Source: Cyanophora paradoxa CCMP329 (lineage: Eukaryota; Plantae; Glaucophyta). From it: 64,000 nt of DNA. Each line of letters begins with the position of its first letter. The stretch's first letter is position 1. Below, piece by piece: positions 10,101 to 21,264 of this stretch. Where the stretch lies: the NCBI GenBank assembly GCA_004431415.1, contig QPMI01000535.1, positions 62,001-126,000 on the forward strand. Direction: 5' to 3'. A model generated the notes under the pieces. It was given only the letters and a program-made list of their open reading frames with translations. It had not been told where the DNA came from and searched no databases. The position numbers and the translations under genes are program-made.

Positions 10101-12230
10101 GACGGCTCAGACGGCTCAGGTGACGGGCGGGGATCGCTCGCCTGGGCCGTGAAGCGCTCGAGGAACCGCGCGCGCCATATGCCCTCCACGAGCTGCGGGG
10201 CGGGCGGGTCAAGGGCGGGAAGGAGAGAGGAGGCGAGGGGTACAGCGGGCGGACGAGGGCGGCGGCGAGGGCGGAGCGGCGGTGCTGGGCTCGCCACGCT
10301 GCGACGTCGAAGCAGCGGAGGCGCGCGCGGTGCACGTGCGACCGGCGGAGCGCCGCGCCCAGCGACAGCTGCGGCGAAAGTCGGAGCCGAAGCCCGGGCC
10401 CGGGTCAGCTAGGCCGGCGCGGGGGGTACCCATACAACCCATACAGTTGCGGACCTGCGCGTCGATCCACTCGAGGAAGAGGACGTAGTACGCGTGCCAG
10501 GCCGGCCGGTTGATCCGCATCACGGCCAGCATGCCCAGGAACTGCGGGGCGCGGCGGGGCGGGCGGGGCGTCGTAAGCGGAGGCGGGCGGGGTAGGATCG
10601 ATAGGATGGGTAGGAGGGGTAGAAAGGGGCGCGCCCGCATGCCGATCTCGGCGGGGGTCGAGGGCATCGGGCCCGCAGCCTTCAGGCTCATGATGGCCTG
10701 CGATGGGGCGGGGCGGGGCAGGGGGCGCGGCCGGTCAGCCTTGAAGCGAAGGGCGAGCTCGAGCGAGCGAGAGTAGGAGAGGAGGACCTTGAAGAGGATG
10801 GAGCCGGCGCGGGCCGGCCCGACCGGCTCGCAGGCCGCGGCGCTGGCGGAGAGGCCGAGGAAGAGGTCCGGCGAGAAGGCGGGCCTGCGCACGCAGGCGC
10901 TCTGAGCGGAGGGGCATGCAAGGGGAACAAAAGAAGGCGCGAGAGAAGGCGTACGCACCCCGGGGAGGGCGGCGAGGGGTGCTCCCAGTTCTCGAGGACG
11001 GTCGCCAGGGCGTCCCGCACCGGCGCCAGCGCCCGCTGCGCCGCGACCGTCAGCCGCCGCCGAGACGGGCCGGGTGGGACGGTTTAAGGTTTAAGAGCAA
11101 GGGCCGGGCCGGTCGCCGGGAGAGAGAGAGAGAGAGAGCAAGAGGGCGGGGAGCGGAGGGAAGCCGAGGGACGCTAGGCCGAGCAGCGCCAAGGGCGGGC
11201 AGACCTTCATGGTGGAGAGGCGCCGCGACTGGGCCCGCACGAACGGGTCCGACCGCTCCCGCTCCCGCTCCCGCGCCGCGCTCCCCTGCCCCGAGCCGAC
11301 CCGAGCCGCGTCAGGACGCTCTGGGGGGGGGGGGGTACGCGACGGGCGGGGTAGCGTTCACCTGGGCGGAGAGCTCGACGGCGGGCGGCTCCTCGTCCAG
11401 CGGCCGCCTGCGGGGCCCCAGCTAAGCTCTAGACTGGGGTACGTGGGATGCCGCCGGCAGGTGGCTAGGCTTTAGTCTAGACCGGAGGGGCGGGGCGGGG
11501 CGGACCAGAAGGGCCCGCGGTGGTGGACGGAGAAGACGACCTCCTCGGCGGGGGCGAGCCACAGCGCCGCCCCGGCGTCCCGCTCCGGCAGCGCGGGGCG
11601 GCTTCCCTCCCCTTCCGCCCCCGCTCCGCCCCCCGGGGGGGGCGGCAGGCGGCCGCCCTCCCACGTCACCCGCCTCCCCGGGATCTGAGGGGGGGGGGAG
11701 GAACGTCGGGGGGGGGGGTGAAATAAGGGGGAAGATAGGGGCGAGTCTGGGTACGCACCACTTCGAGGTTGAAGAGGAAGTCGGGGTCGAGCGCGCTCGC
11801 GAGGCGCCGCTGGGCCAGCTCCTGCGGAGGGGGGTACGGGGTCAGGGCCCCGTCGAGCGCCGTGGGAGGGGTACGGTCGGTCGGCGGAGGGGTACGCGCG
11901 CGCCTCGTTCACGGTCTCCTCGGGGACGTCGTTCACGAGCGGCTGCGGGCACGAGGCACACCGAATCGAATCAGATCAAATCGACAGGCAGCACAGGCAG
12001 GGCGGGGCGGGGCTAGCCGAGCGAGGCTGGGGAACAAGACAAGCGGGCAGGCAAGGAAAGAAACGAGGGGGCGGACCTGGTGGAAGAGAGCGGAGGCGTC
12101 GCGCCCCGCCTGCGCCGCGCCGCCCGTGTCAGTTTGGAGCGCCTCGGCGGCAGGAGCGGCGGGCGGGCGGGCGGGCGGACCTGCGCCTGCGCCTGCGCGA
12201 CCGCCACCGCCATCGCGAGGTCGATCCCTG
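7136..12230 (-). pseudogene. 5'-truncated duplicate of the minus-strand gene at 26318-34200
   Basis: Same exons (YYVLFLEWIDAQ, EEVVFSVHHRGPFWS, Pro/Tyr tail ending HAQLQHQ). It lacks all 5' exons and the CEAEGALAEAE exon, and has small frameshifting deletions in the coiled-coil exon near 8960-9020. Confidence 0.8.
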
Positions 12231-12578
12231 CCCCGCCCCGCCCCGCCCGCCCCGCCCGCGTCGGCCGAGGCGATGCGCAGCCTCCCGGGGCCAGAGCGAG
12301 GGCCGGAGAAGACACCGGGCGCGGGCGGGGGCGCGGGCGGGGACGGGGGCGCGGGCGGGATAGATAGGTAGGTAGAGGGCGCCGAGGCTAGGCTGGGCCT
12401 AGAACAGGTACAGACTCGGTCTAGGAGCGGGGGTGGGAAAGACGGATAGATAGATAGATAGATAGAGGCTAGCTATAGGCTGGGCCTAGAACAGGTACGG
12501 GGTGGGATAGAAAAAAAGGGATCTAGAAGGGATCCGGATAAGATATCTAGAAGGGATCCGGATAAGATAAGGAGGGGG

Positions 12579-12640
12579 GGGCGCATAGCCCAGTGGTTAA
12601 CGGCGACTTCACGCTACTCCTTGGACGCACTGCGGCATAC
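12579..12640 (+). other. Degenerate tRNA-like 5' half (possible SINE head)
   Basis: GGGCGCATAGCCCAGTGGTTAACGGCG resembles a Pol III A-box/D-arm of Ser/Leu-type tRNAs, with GCT near the anticodon position. No intact anticodon stem, T-arm or acceptor 3' strand was found. Confidence 0.3.
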
Positions 12641-12761
12641 AGTCGCATACTAGTAGCCTAGTGGAATGTCCGCGGACATCGGAGTCGATTGGACACGGCA
12701 ACCCTAGGGCCTATATATAGGCTATAGTCTGCCGGGATCCGGGATCTAATGAAAGAGTCCT

Positions 12762-15700
12762 AGTGGCATGCGCACGTGTTCCGTGTGGAAATGATACCCG
12801 TGTGGAAATCACTTTTCCACACCAGGCCTCGTGTTGTTTTGATCATCCATGTGTCCTGGTGTGCCGGCTGTGCCTCGGCCCATGAGTCACACGAGATCTG
12901 GCCAATGGGCGCGCACATCGATTCGATGTGCCGGCGCAAGCTGCCATGGGCTAGGCACGGCTAGCTAGCGCTAGCTAGGAGCGCTCTAGCTAGGGCTAGC
13001 TACCGTAGTACTAGCTAGCCGCGCGGGCTACTAGGCTAGCAGCCGCTAGCTAGCTGCAGCAGCGCTAGCCTCGAGCTCGGCGCAGTGCGCGAGCCCAGGG
13101 AGCGCTCGCAGCCCGGATCGAAGCAGCTACAGACCTAGCTAGGACAGCGCAGCAGGCTCGCTAGCTGGTGCGAGCCTCGCAGCGGCGTGCGGATCGATAT
13201 CAGGGGTGCGCGCGCGGCCCGGCGGCGCGCGCGCCACGTATCCGCGCATCCCTAGGCCGAGGCCTGGCCTGGCATGATGAACTGCGCATGCAGCCAAGGC
13301 CCGCAGCGCCGGCCCCGACCACCCCCCGCCGCCCCCCGGCATGCCCTGGGCCCCGGCACGTCCCGCGGCCCCCCCGGCCCCTGCACCCACTCCACCGCTG
13401 CGCATGCAGCCCGCAGCTGCAGCGCCGGCCCCATCCATATGCACCCCCGCCGCCGCCCTGGGCCCCGGCACGCCCCACGGCCCCGCGGCCCCTTCCTCCC
13501 CCAGCTGCGCATGCAGCCCGCTGGCGCCGGCGCCGGCCCCACCCAGCCCCCGCCGCCGCCCGGCACGCGTACGCCCTGGGCCCGGCACGCCCCCCGGCCC
13601 CCCGGCCCCTGTCTTCCCCAGCTACGTATACAGCTCGCAGGTGCTCGGCAGCGGGCCCGGGCGCCCGGCCGTGGCGTGCCCTGCGGCCCCCGGCCCCGTC
13701 CACGTGCACCCCCAGGGCGGGCTGCTGCGCCAAGCGGGCCCGGGCCGGCCCGGCGAGGCCGCGACAGCATGCATTATACATGGATTCATAATGTATAAGA
13801 TGAGCTGGGGGCGCCGCGCGTGAGACACAAGGCCGGCCTCGACGGAGTGGGGGGGGCACATGAGGGGATGGGCCCGCGGAACCGCGCCCGTTCTCCCCAG
13901 GGCGGGCCCCGCGCCTGCGTCGGAGCACTGGGAAACAACATGTATTATACATGGATTCATAATGTATAAGATGAGCTGGGGGCGCCGCGCGTGAGACACA
14001 AGGCCGGCCTCGACGGAGTGGGGGGGGCACATGAGGGGATGGGCCCGCGGAACCGCGCCCGTTCTCCCCAGGGCGGGCCCCGCGCCTGCGTCGGAGCACT
14101 GGGAAACAACATGTATTATACATGGGTTCATAATGTATAAGATGAGCCGGGGTTCCCGGGCCCTAGGGGGATGGCAAGAGCGAGACCAGGGCACCATGTG
14201 CCATACACATTAGTTTCTTTTCAAACTGAATATCTTTTGATGGAATTCAGATCTATTTAATCAAATTACATCATAAGAACGACAATGAAAAGGGCTTTCA
14301 GGATATATAAAAAGTTCGGGACTCGCAAAGTAACCTAACCCGTAAGAGCCCGCCGAAATGTCTGACGAGCTGTCAAACCTGACAACTGATCATGAGTGTC
14401 ACTCAAATCTCGGTGGGTGACTCCATTACCACTTAACAACATCATGTACATTGTATATAAAGGCTTAAACAAGCCTCATATATCACTTACTCACTGGGCA
14501 TCGCTTGTTGGAACGAGATTTCAGAAATAATTGCGGCCGTGCCCAAACGTGCCCCACCATAACCCGCCGCCGTGCCCCAACGTGCCCCGACGTGACCAAC
14601 CATGCCCCACCGCCATGCCCCGATGTGCCCCGCCCCGCGCTATGCCGTGTTCTAGCGTGTCCCCTACGTGTCATTCTTGAGCGCGATCGCGCACGGCGAT
14701 GTACATGTGCCCGATTTGGTAATATTAATATTGCCACTCAAACATGTGGGAGACAAAGCAAATATGAAGCTTCTCATGATCAAATCCACGTCTATATCTC
14801 AGCGACAAGCCACGGACCTGCAGCTGGGGTAGCGGCAGGCCTAGGGGCCCGGGACAGCCTACAGCCCTGGCCTGGGGCAGACAGGTCCATCCATAGGGGC
14901 CAGGGCGGGATCTATATGGGGCCGGGGCTCGCCCTCAGCGGCCCATAGCCCATAGGGACCGGGGCGGGATCGATATGAGGCGGGGGGAGGGGAGGGGGGA
15001 GGGGGGCGCCGGCGGGGCAAGGGCCGAGGCGGGATCAATCTGGGGTGGCCATGGGGGGGGGGGGGGTCCGGGGCGGCAGCCCCCCCTAGCTATAGGCCTG
15101 GGGATGGACGGGGGGCCGCGGGCCCGGGCCCGCCGGGCGCGCCACGGCGCCCAGGGCTGGGACGTCGACCTGCTGCCGGCCTGCTTGATCATGATCATGA
15201 GCACCTGGCGCCAGCGGGCTGCAGCTGGCCATGCAGATGGGGGATGCGGGGCGCCCCCAGGGGCCCGTGCCCGGGGGCCTGGGATAGCGCTCGGGCTCGG
15301 GGCGGGGTGCGCGGAGATCCAGACCCACAGCCGGGCGCCGCTGAGCTGCAGCTGGGACGGCCCAGCTGGCAGCTGCTGACCTAGGCCTAGGCCTAGGGCC
15401 CGGGGCGCGTGCGCGCGCGGGCCGGGGGGCGCGCGGGGCGTGCCGGGGCCATGGCCAGGGCGTGCGGGGGCGGTGGGGGTGGGTGGGGCCCGGCGCCGGC
15501 CGGCCCTGCATGCGCAGGCTGTATGCATATGCATATGCGCAGCTGGTGGGGGTCAGGGGCCGGGGGGCCGCGGGACGTGCCGGAGCCGGGCGCCCAGGGC
15601 CAGCTGCATGCGCAGCTGCAGGGCATGCCGGGGGCGGCGGGGGTGGGCGGGGCCGGCGCTGCGGACTGCATACGCAGGCCAGGCCTAGGCCTAGGGGCGC

Positions 15701-16195
15701 GCGGGCCGCCGGGCCGCGCGCGTGCACCGTCGCGCGCGCGCGCGCACCCCTGATATCGATCCGCACGCCGCTGCGAGGCTCGCACCAGCTAGCGAGCCTG
15801 CTGCGCTGTCCTAGCTAGGTCTGTAGCTGCTTCGATCCGGGCTGCGAGCGCTCCCTGGGCTCGCGCACTGCGCCGAGCTCGAGGCTAGCGCTGCTGCAGC
15901 TAGCTAGCGGCTGCTAGCCTAGTAGCCCGCGCGGCTAGCTAGTACTACGGTAGCTAGCCCTAGCTAGAGCGCTCCTAGCTAGCGCTAGCTAGCCGTGCCT
16001 AGCCCATGGCAGCTTGCGCCGGCACATCGAATCGATGTGCGCGCCCATTGGCCAGATCTCGTGTGACTCATGGGCCGCGGCACAGCCGGCACACCAGGAC
16101 ACATGGATGATCAAAACAACACGAGGCCTAGGCCTGGTGTGGAAAAGTGATTTCCACACGGGTATCATTTCCACACGGAACACACGCGCATGCGC
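12762..16195. mobile_element. Non-autonomous foldback DNA transposon with long TIRs and candidate 8-bp TSD
   Basis: ~450-bp near-perfect inverted repeats (12766-13220 vs ~15730-16195) continue inward as diverged GC-rich inverted arms. AGAGTCCT is directly repeated at 12754-12761 and 16196-16203. Subterminal GTGTGGAAAT motifs are present; there is no transposase ORF. Confidence 0.85.
13769..14150. repeat. 171-bp tandem repeat (~2.2 copies) inside the foldback element
   Basis: TTATACATGG(A/G)TTCATAATGTATAAGATGAGC starts at 13774, 13945 and 14116. Confidence 0.95.
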
Positions 16196-16820
16196 AGAGT
16201 CCTCCCCTTCGCGCGCGACCCCTCGGCTCGGTCACGCGTGCTCGGCCCGGCGGCTGCGGGCAGCGGCGCACGCGGTACTGCGGTATAAGCTCGATTTCGG
16301 CGGCGTGCTGAGCGCAGCAAGACTCTGAGAGAGCACGGTCTGGACGGCCGGGCGTGCCGCAGTGCTCGGCTGCGATCAGCGGCGCAGCTAAGCAGCGGCG
16401 CAAGCGGCGCGGAGCGAGGAAGAGGAAATTTAGCTCTAGAGGAGACAGCTAGGGAGAAGTGGTTGCCATGCCATGATGCAAAATTTTAAAACCGCCGCGT
16501 GACGCGCAGCGCACCGCCGCGCGAGCGCCGAGAGAAAGCCCAGATCAGAGCAGAGTGGCAGATCTAGAGGACGTTTCAAACTGAACGGAGTTTGCGTCAC
16601 GCCCCGCCCATTGTTAACTTCTTCCGCCAATGAAATTAGCCCAGCGCAAACTTGAGCTCGAACTTGGCCTCGTACACAGTGGCGTACACACGCGGCCACA
16701 ACGGTCACAGTAACGGTCAGCAGGCCGGCTTGCTAGTCAGCTTCCCTCGGCTAGGCCGGACTAGCTAGCTTCCCGCCATCGCGCACGCCCGAGCGCGAGC
16801 ATTCCTGCACGCCGCCGTGC

Positions 16821-18220
16821 ATGAAGCAGTCAAAGCGAAAGGAACCCAGCCTCTGGGATGACGGCTTCGACGAGGCCCGACGTCGGCACCGCTGGCACGG
16901 CAAGCGACCCGACAGCAGCAGCTCGTGGGCCGGCAAGGGCAACATGAAGCGTGTCAACAAGATCACTCAGCAGGCGCGCAAGGCGAAGGAGCCCAAGCTC
17001 CCTGACCTCGACATCCTCAAGGGCGAGCACCCCGCGGCAACGGTCCGCTGCCTGGACACCAGCGGCCGCGCCTACCACGTTCGCCTTGGCGACTTCGTCA
17101 TCTGTTCAGTTAGCTCAGACACCCAGCTGTGTCCAGAACTCAGCGTCGTTCGCCCGAAGCCCTTCCATTTCCCGCGCCCAGGTGAAACGATTTTGGCGCG
17201 AGTCGAGGGCGAGTTCCCAACACAGACGAAGGCGAAGCGCGGCGACTTCAACTACTCCGTCAACGGCGTCATCCTTCGGCGCTTCGTGCGCCCGGAGGAC
17301 TCCGATGTGAAGGACTGCGGGCTCGGCAGCGTGATCATCAAGGCAGACGGGGAGCAGGCAGCCGTGGCCATCGCAAACCACCTCATCTACTACTCGAACG
17401 TGACGGTCCGCCCGCCGCGCCCGCGCCCCGTTCCAGCGTCCGATGCCCGTGCGCGCAGGTTCACGCACCCGCGAAGGTGGTGGCCGCGGACGAGTACAAA
17501 GCCCTCAACCACGCCGATCCCCACATCTACGTCTGTAAGCAAATCATGACGTTCCCGGGCGACGGCTCCTTCCAGTTCGACGTCGCCCTCGCCTTCAACG
17601 CGAGGCTCAAGCGAGTGGCGAAGAAGAAGATGGCGTGCTTCCTCCGGCCGCTGTCGAGGCCGGAGGAGCGCGTGGAGGCGATTGGCTACCTTCAGGACGC
17701 CGCCGCGAACGCCCTCAAGCGCCGGAAGACCGGGACGCAGCTTGTCAACGTCAAGATCCCGGTGGCCGGGCCGGCAATGTTGGTCTGCGGCTCTTATGAC
17801 TCGTTCGAAGTTCTTTTTCCTATCCTCTAACGGTGCGCATCGCAGGAGAACATCGTGGCGCAGGTCGCGCACGTCGCCACGCCCATCGACCCGAAGACGG
17901 GCCAGCCGATCCCGGTTGACAAGCTGCCGGCGGCGAATCGCTTCGTTATCGAGCTTCCGGACCGCGAGACCGCTGCTGGTGGAAGCCGCTTCCTTTTTCC
18001 CGCTCGCTGTTCTTTTTCCGACCTCTTTGCAGCTGTTCTCGGTCCCTCCGGCGTGGCGCAAGCGTCCAAGCGCGTCCAAAGCTGCGTCGCCAAAGTCGTC
18101 TGGATTCACGTCCTCGCCGAGGTCGTCCTGGCTGCCGCAGGTGCTGCCGCCAATCTGGCCGTGCCGCGGCCTGCCATCGCTGGCGCCGCCCAGCCACGCT
18201 CTAATGGAACCGAACGCTGA
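16821..18220 (+). CDS. BAH (bromo-adjacent homology) domain-containing protein, multi-exon
   Basis: The spliced product has a basic N-terminus, then YHVRLGDFVIC...ETILARVEGEF...VILRRFVRPED...LIYYSN...APAKVVAADEY...HIYVCKQ. This follows BAH motif order (GDxV, ARI, WFxRPEE, LxxS, KxxVxxxxEY, FxC). The C-terminal half is unrecognised. Confidence 0.65.
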
Positions 18221-19321
18221 GCCGACCTTGGCAGACAGCACAGAGAGCGGCATCTCGATCGCCGAACGCTAAGCTATAAGCGCTTTTGCTTTTCCCGCGC
18301 AAGTCCGTGGCTGGCCGCAATCTAGCTGCAGCTGGCCGTGGCTTGGAAGGGGGGGGAGATGGCTTGGGGGGATATAGAATTTGGTCTAGCCAGCTCGAAC
18401 TCGAACTCAGCCGGCTGATAGCCGCCGTGACACGGCCGTGTTCAAAATTCAAATTCCATCCATTGTTAAAGCTCGCGAACTAGCGGGATGTCCAAAAGGT
18501 CGCGCCGTTTTCGGCCCGTCGAGGTCCGTCCGGGGCCGTCTGCGACATGCGAAACAGCTCCTTACGGGAGTGAGAGAGAAATTGGTTTTCCCCTCGAAAA
18601 CCACTTTTCGCGAGTTCGAGAGAGCTCTCGCGAGCTCGAGTTTGACGCTCGAAAGTCGAGGGCTGACCGGTTCACCGAGCCAATCGGATCGCGAATAAAG
18701 CACCATTTTTCCGGTGTTGCATACTGGACCTCGAAAACGGCCTCGAGCTCATAGAAATATTTTGGCTGAAGCGAGGGAACGGGAAGCAACTTCAAGCAAG
18801 CTGGGAGCCTGGGACTCGAGCCTGGGAGTCTGGGACTCGCTGGGACTCCTCAGCCTGGGAGAAGCCCTTCGGTCTTCGTCCCCCCTTGCAATTAAAGCCT
18901 TCGGAATGGATCGAATTCATCCAAGTACTACGGTAAAAATCGACAGACGAATTCGAATTCATACAGATAAACAGACGGCGAATCGACCGTTCATCGGACT
19001 GATTCCGACTCATTGTCGAGTTATTGATGAGTCAATCACGATTCATTGACACATTGTCGTCGATTGGTCGTCATGATCAATGGTCGAGTCGACCTGCTGC
19101 AGCTGGCAGACTGCTGCTCCAAAGTCAGCCGCCATTGGTCCGCCAGCCTGCAGTGGGGCGGCCACTGGCGTGACAGTGGCGTCCACTGCGCCGTCCACTG
19201 CGGCGTCCAGTGCCCGGCGGCCGCCAGCCCAGCGCCGGCGCCGGCAGGGCCGGCGCCAGGGCCAGTGGGCCGAATATTTATTTCCGCCAGCGTTAACGTT
19301 TAATTTCGACTATATTGGTTA

Positions 19322-19560
19322 CTGTAAACGTAGGAATCTTCGACAGCGTCTTTATTTCGTCTATATTCGTCAGACCTGCTCTTTGACGAATATTTGATGC
19401 TCTTGGACTGAACTTTTGTATGGAGAGGGGTACTAACGGCTGATCAGCCTTTGGCGGAGTTGTGAGGCTGACGAAAATATGATGCTGTCGAAACATATTT
19501 TCGACACGATTTTCGGGTTTTGTCGAAATTAAGTTTCGACGAAAAGCTCTACGTTTACAG
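19322..19560. mobile_element. MITE with CTGTAAACGTAG TIR and TA TSD (Tc1/mariner-pogo-like)
   Basis: TA|CTGTAAACGTAG...CTACGTTTACAG|TA. Confidence 0.85.
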
Positions 19561-19562
19561 TA

Positions 19563-19734
19563 CTGTAAACGTACGAATTTCCGCCAGCGTTTAATTTCGA
19601 CTATATTCGCCAGACCGGAACCCTCGCGATGTCGAATAATTGATGCCGGCGGAATGATGGGGGGTACCGTCCCTGTGTCCGTCCCTTAGTCGCGCGACTG
19701 CGCGCACGTGGGCCCATCTCGTCCCTTAAGCTTG

Positions 19735-19788
<54 letters not shown>

Positions 19789-20130
19789 CGATGCAGCAGC
19801 AGCAGCGCGATGCAGCAGCAGCAGCAGCAGCGCGATGCTCTCGCTCGGTACCGCTCAGACTGCGGCTCGTTTAGCGTTTAATTTCGACTATATTCGCCAG
19901 CGTTTAATTTCGACTATATTCGCCAGACCCTCGCGCTGTCGAATATTTGACGCTGGCGTCAGCCTGGCGAATTAAGCCTTTGTATGGAGAGAGGGGTAGC
20001 AGCGGCTGACCTCTCTATGGCGAAGTCGCAGGGTGTCGAAATCAAGACGCTGGCGGACTAATTTTCGACAGGATTTTCGGGTTTTGTCGAATTAAAGTGC
20101 TGGCGGATATTACTAGTAGTGCGTTTACAG
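19563..20130. mobile_element. Related MITE abutting the previous one, carrying an internal CAG-repeat insertion
   Basis: TA|CTGTAAACG...CGTTTACAG|TA. It shares internal motifs (TTCG(A/T)CTATATTCG, TTTGTATGGAGAG, GATTTTCGGGTTTTGTCGAA) with 19322-19560. Confidence 0.8.
19736..19838. repeat. (CAG)n microsatellite with CGCGATG interruptions
   Basis: Pure CAG run followed by CGCGATG(CAG)n units; non-coding context. Confidence 0.95.
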
Positions 20131-20545
20131 TACCGTACTACCTGGTACTAGTAGTACGTGGCCAGCATGCGCGAAAGGTTATAATTAGCGCTTCCGTAGA
20201 CGACTTAAATACAAGATTTCGGTCCACTAATTTCCGGCTCCACTAATTTTCAGCGTCCAGTATTTTCCTGTTACGCGGTGGATTTAATTATAAGTTTTGC
20301 AACGCCAACTTACAAGTTACAACTTACCAACTTAGTTGAACTAACTAAGTTACGGCGAATTCTCGCAAATTTCAATTCAAATGATTCCGGCCCGTCCGCC
20401 GGCGTCCGGGTCCAAAAACGTTCAAACGGTTGCATGCAGAATCATTAATATTGAATCCGTGTCCGACCGTCTCCGACGGTCCCGCGGTCCGGATCCGCGG
20501 CCGAGACCGTCACGTGCACTGAGTCACTGACTCACTGAGTCACTA

Positions 20546-20855
20546 CCGTGTGGCACGAAATTACCGCGGCATAAATTACCGCGTTAATTATAATGACCCT
20601 GGCCGGGCTGGCCCGAAGGTGGCCAAAATACTGCGGACCTGTGTGCGGTACCAAATTAGCGCGTTTTAGAAGTTTGAGGCCTGTATGGGGCGGTTATTGT
20701 AGGGGGGTACTGTATGGAGCAACTTAGCAGCAGGTTATTACCACGGCAGTGTGACGGCACCAAATTTCTGCGGTACGTCACAATTTTGGCGCGGTAATTT
20801 GGTACCGCGGTAATTAAGTGAGCGCGGTATTTTAGTGCCACACCGTCGCACACGG
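20546..20855. mobile_element. MITE with CCGTGTG termini and TA TSD
   Basis: TA|CCGTGTGGCAC...AATTACCGCG repeats on the left and CGCGGTAATT repeats...GTGCCACAC...CACACGG|TA on the right. It interrupts a GAGTCACT repeat. Confidence 0.75.
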
Positions 20856-21264
20856 TAAGTCACTGAGTCAAATAATAATATGCCGCCGCACTACTAAGTA
20901 TACTGTATACCGACAAATAATACCGTACCGGTAGTTAGCTACCGGTATAGGCTCAGCGGCTGGTCGTTGTACCGTAGTACTGCAGTCTGAAGCTTGCAAT
21001 TGCGATTTTGCGATCGGGGGTCGAGTTCCGGTCGACTGCACCGGCACATACTATGATATATATAGCCTCAGCTACAGCCTACCGGTAGCCTTCTCCTGCA
21101 GCTGGCGGACCCGGTAGCTCCCGCCCGGGGGCCCACGGCCGCCGTATCATAGTATACGTACAGCTGCAGTGAAGCAAATTCGCAATCTATCTGTGTCATC
21201 CGCCGTCGCTCTCCGAGGCTCATCCATCTGTAGCATAGCATCGATCTCGCAATCGACCGCAAGT

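Larger units (their letters stand above)
6385..12428. repeat. Segmental duplication copy A (direct paralogue of 25272-31692)
   Basis: Colinear similarity from ATCAAAGCCTACAC (6385 vs 25272) to GGGCCTAGAACAGGT...CGGTCTAGGA (12428 vs 31692). Near-identical ORF translations occur in both copies. Confidence 0.95.

Noticed and set aside
2033-12428. Diversity-generating retroelement (RT plus template/variable repeat pair)
   Set aside because: The RT is Ngaro-type with RNase H and gag. The duplicate is kilobases long, keeps its introns, and its differences are not adenine-specific.
12579-12700. Functional tRNA gene
   Set aside because: The anticodon stem does not pair, and there is no TTCGA T-loop at the right distance and no acceptor 3' strand.
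12776-16183. Twin 62/64-aa ORFs (MFRVEMIPVWKS...) as a gene pair
   Set aside because: They are simply the two TIRs read in opposite directions from GTG starts.
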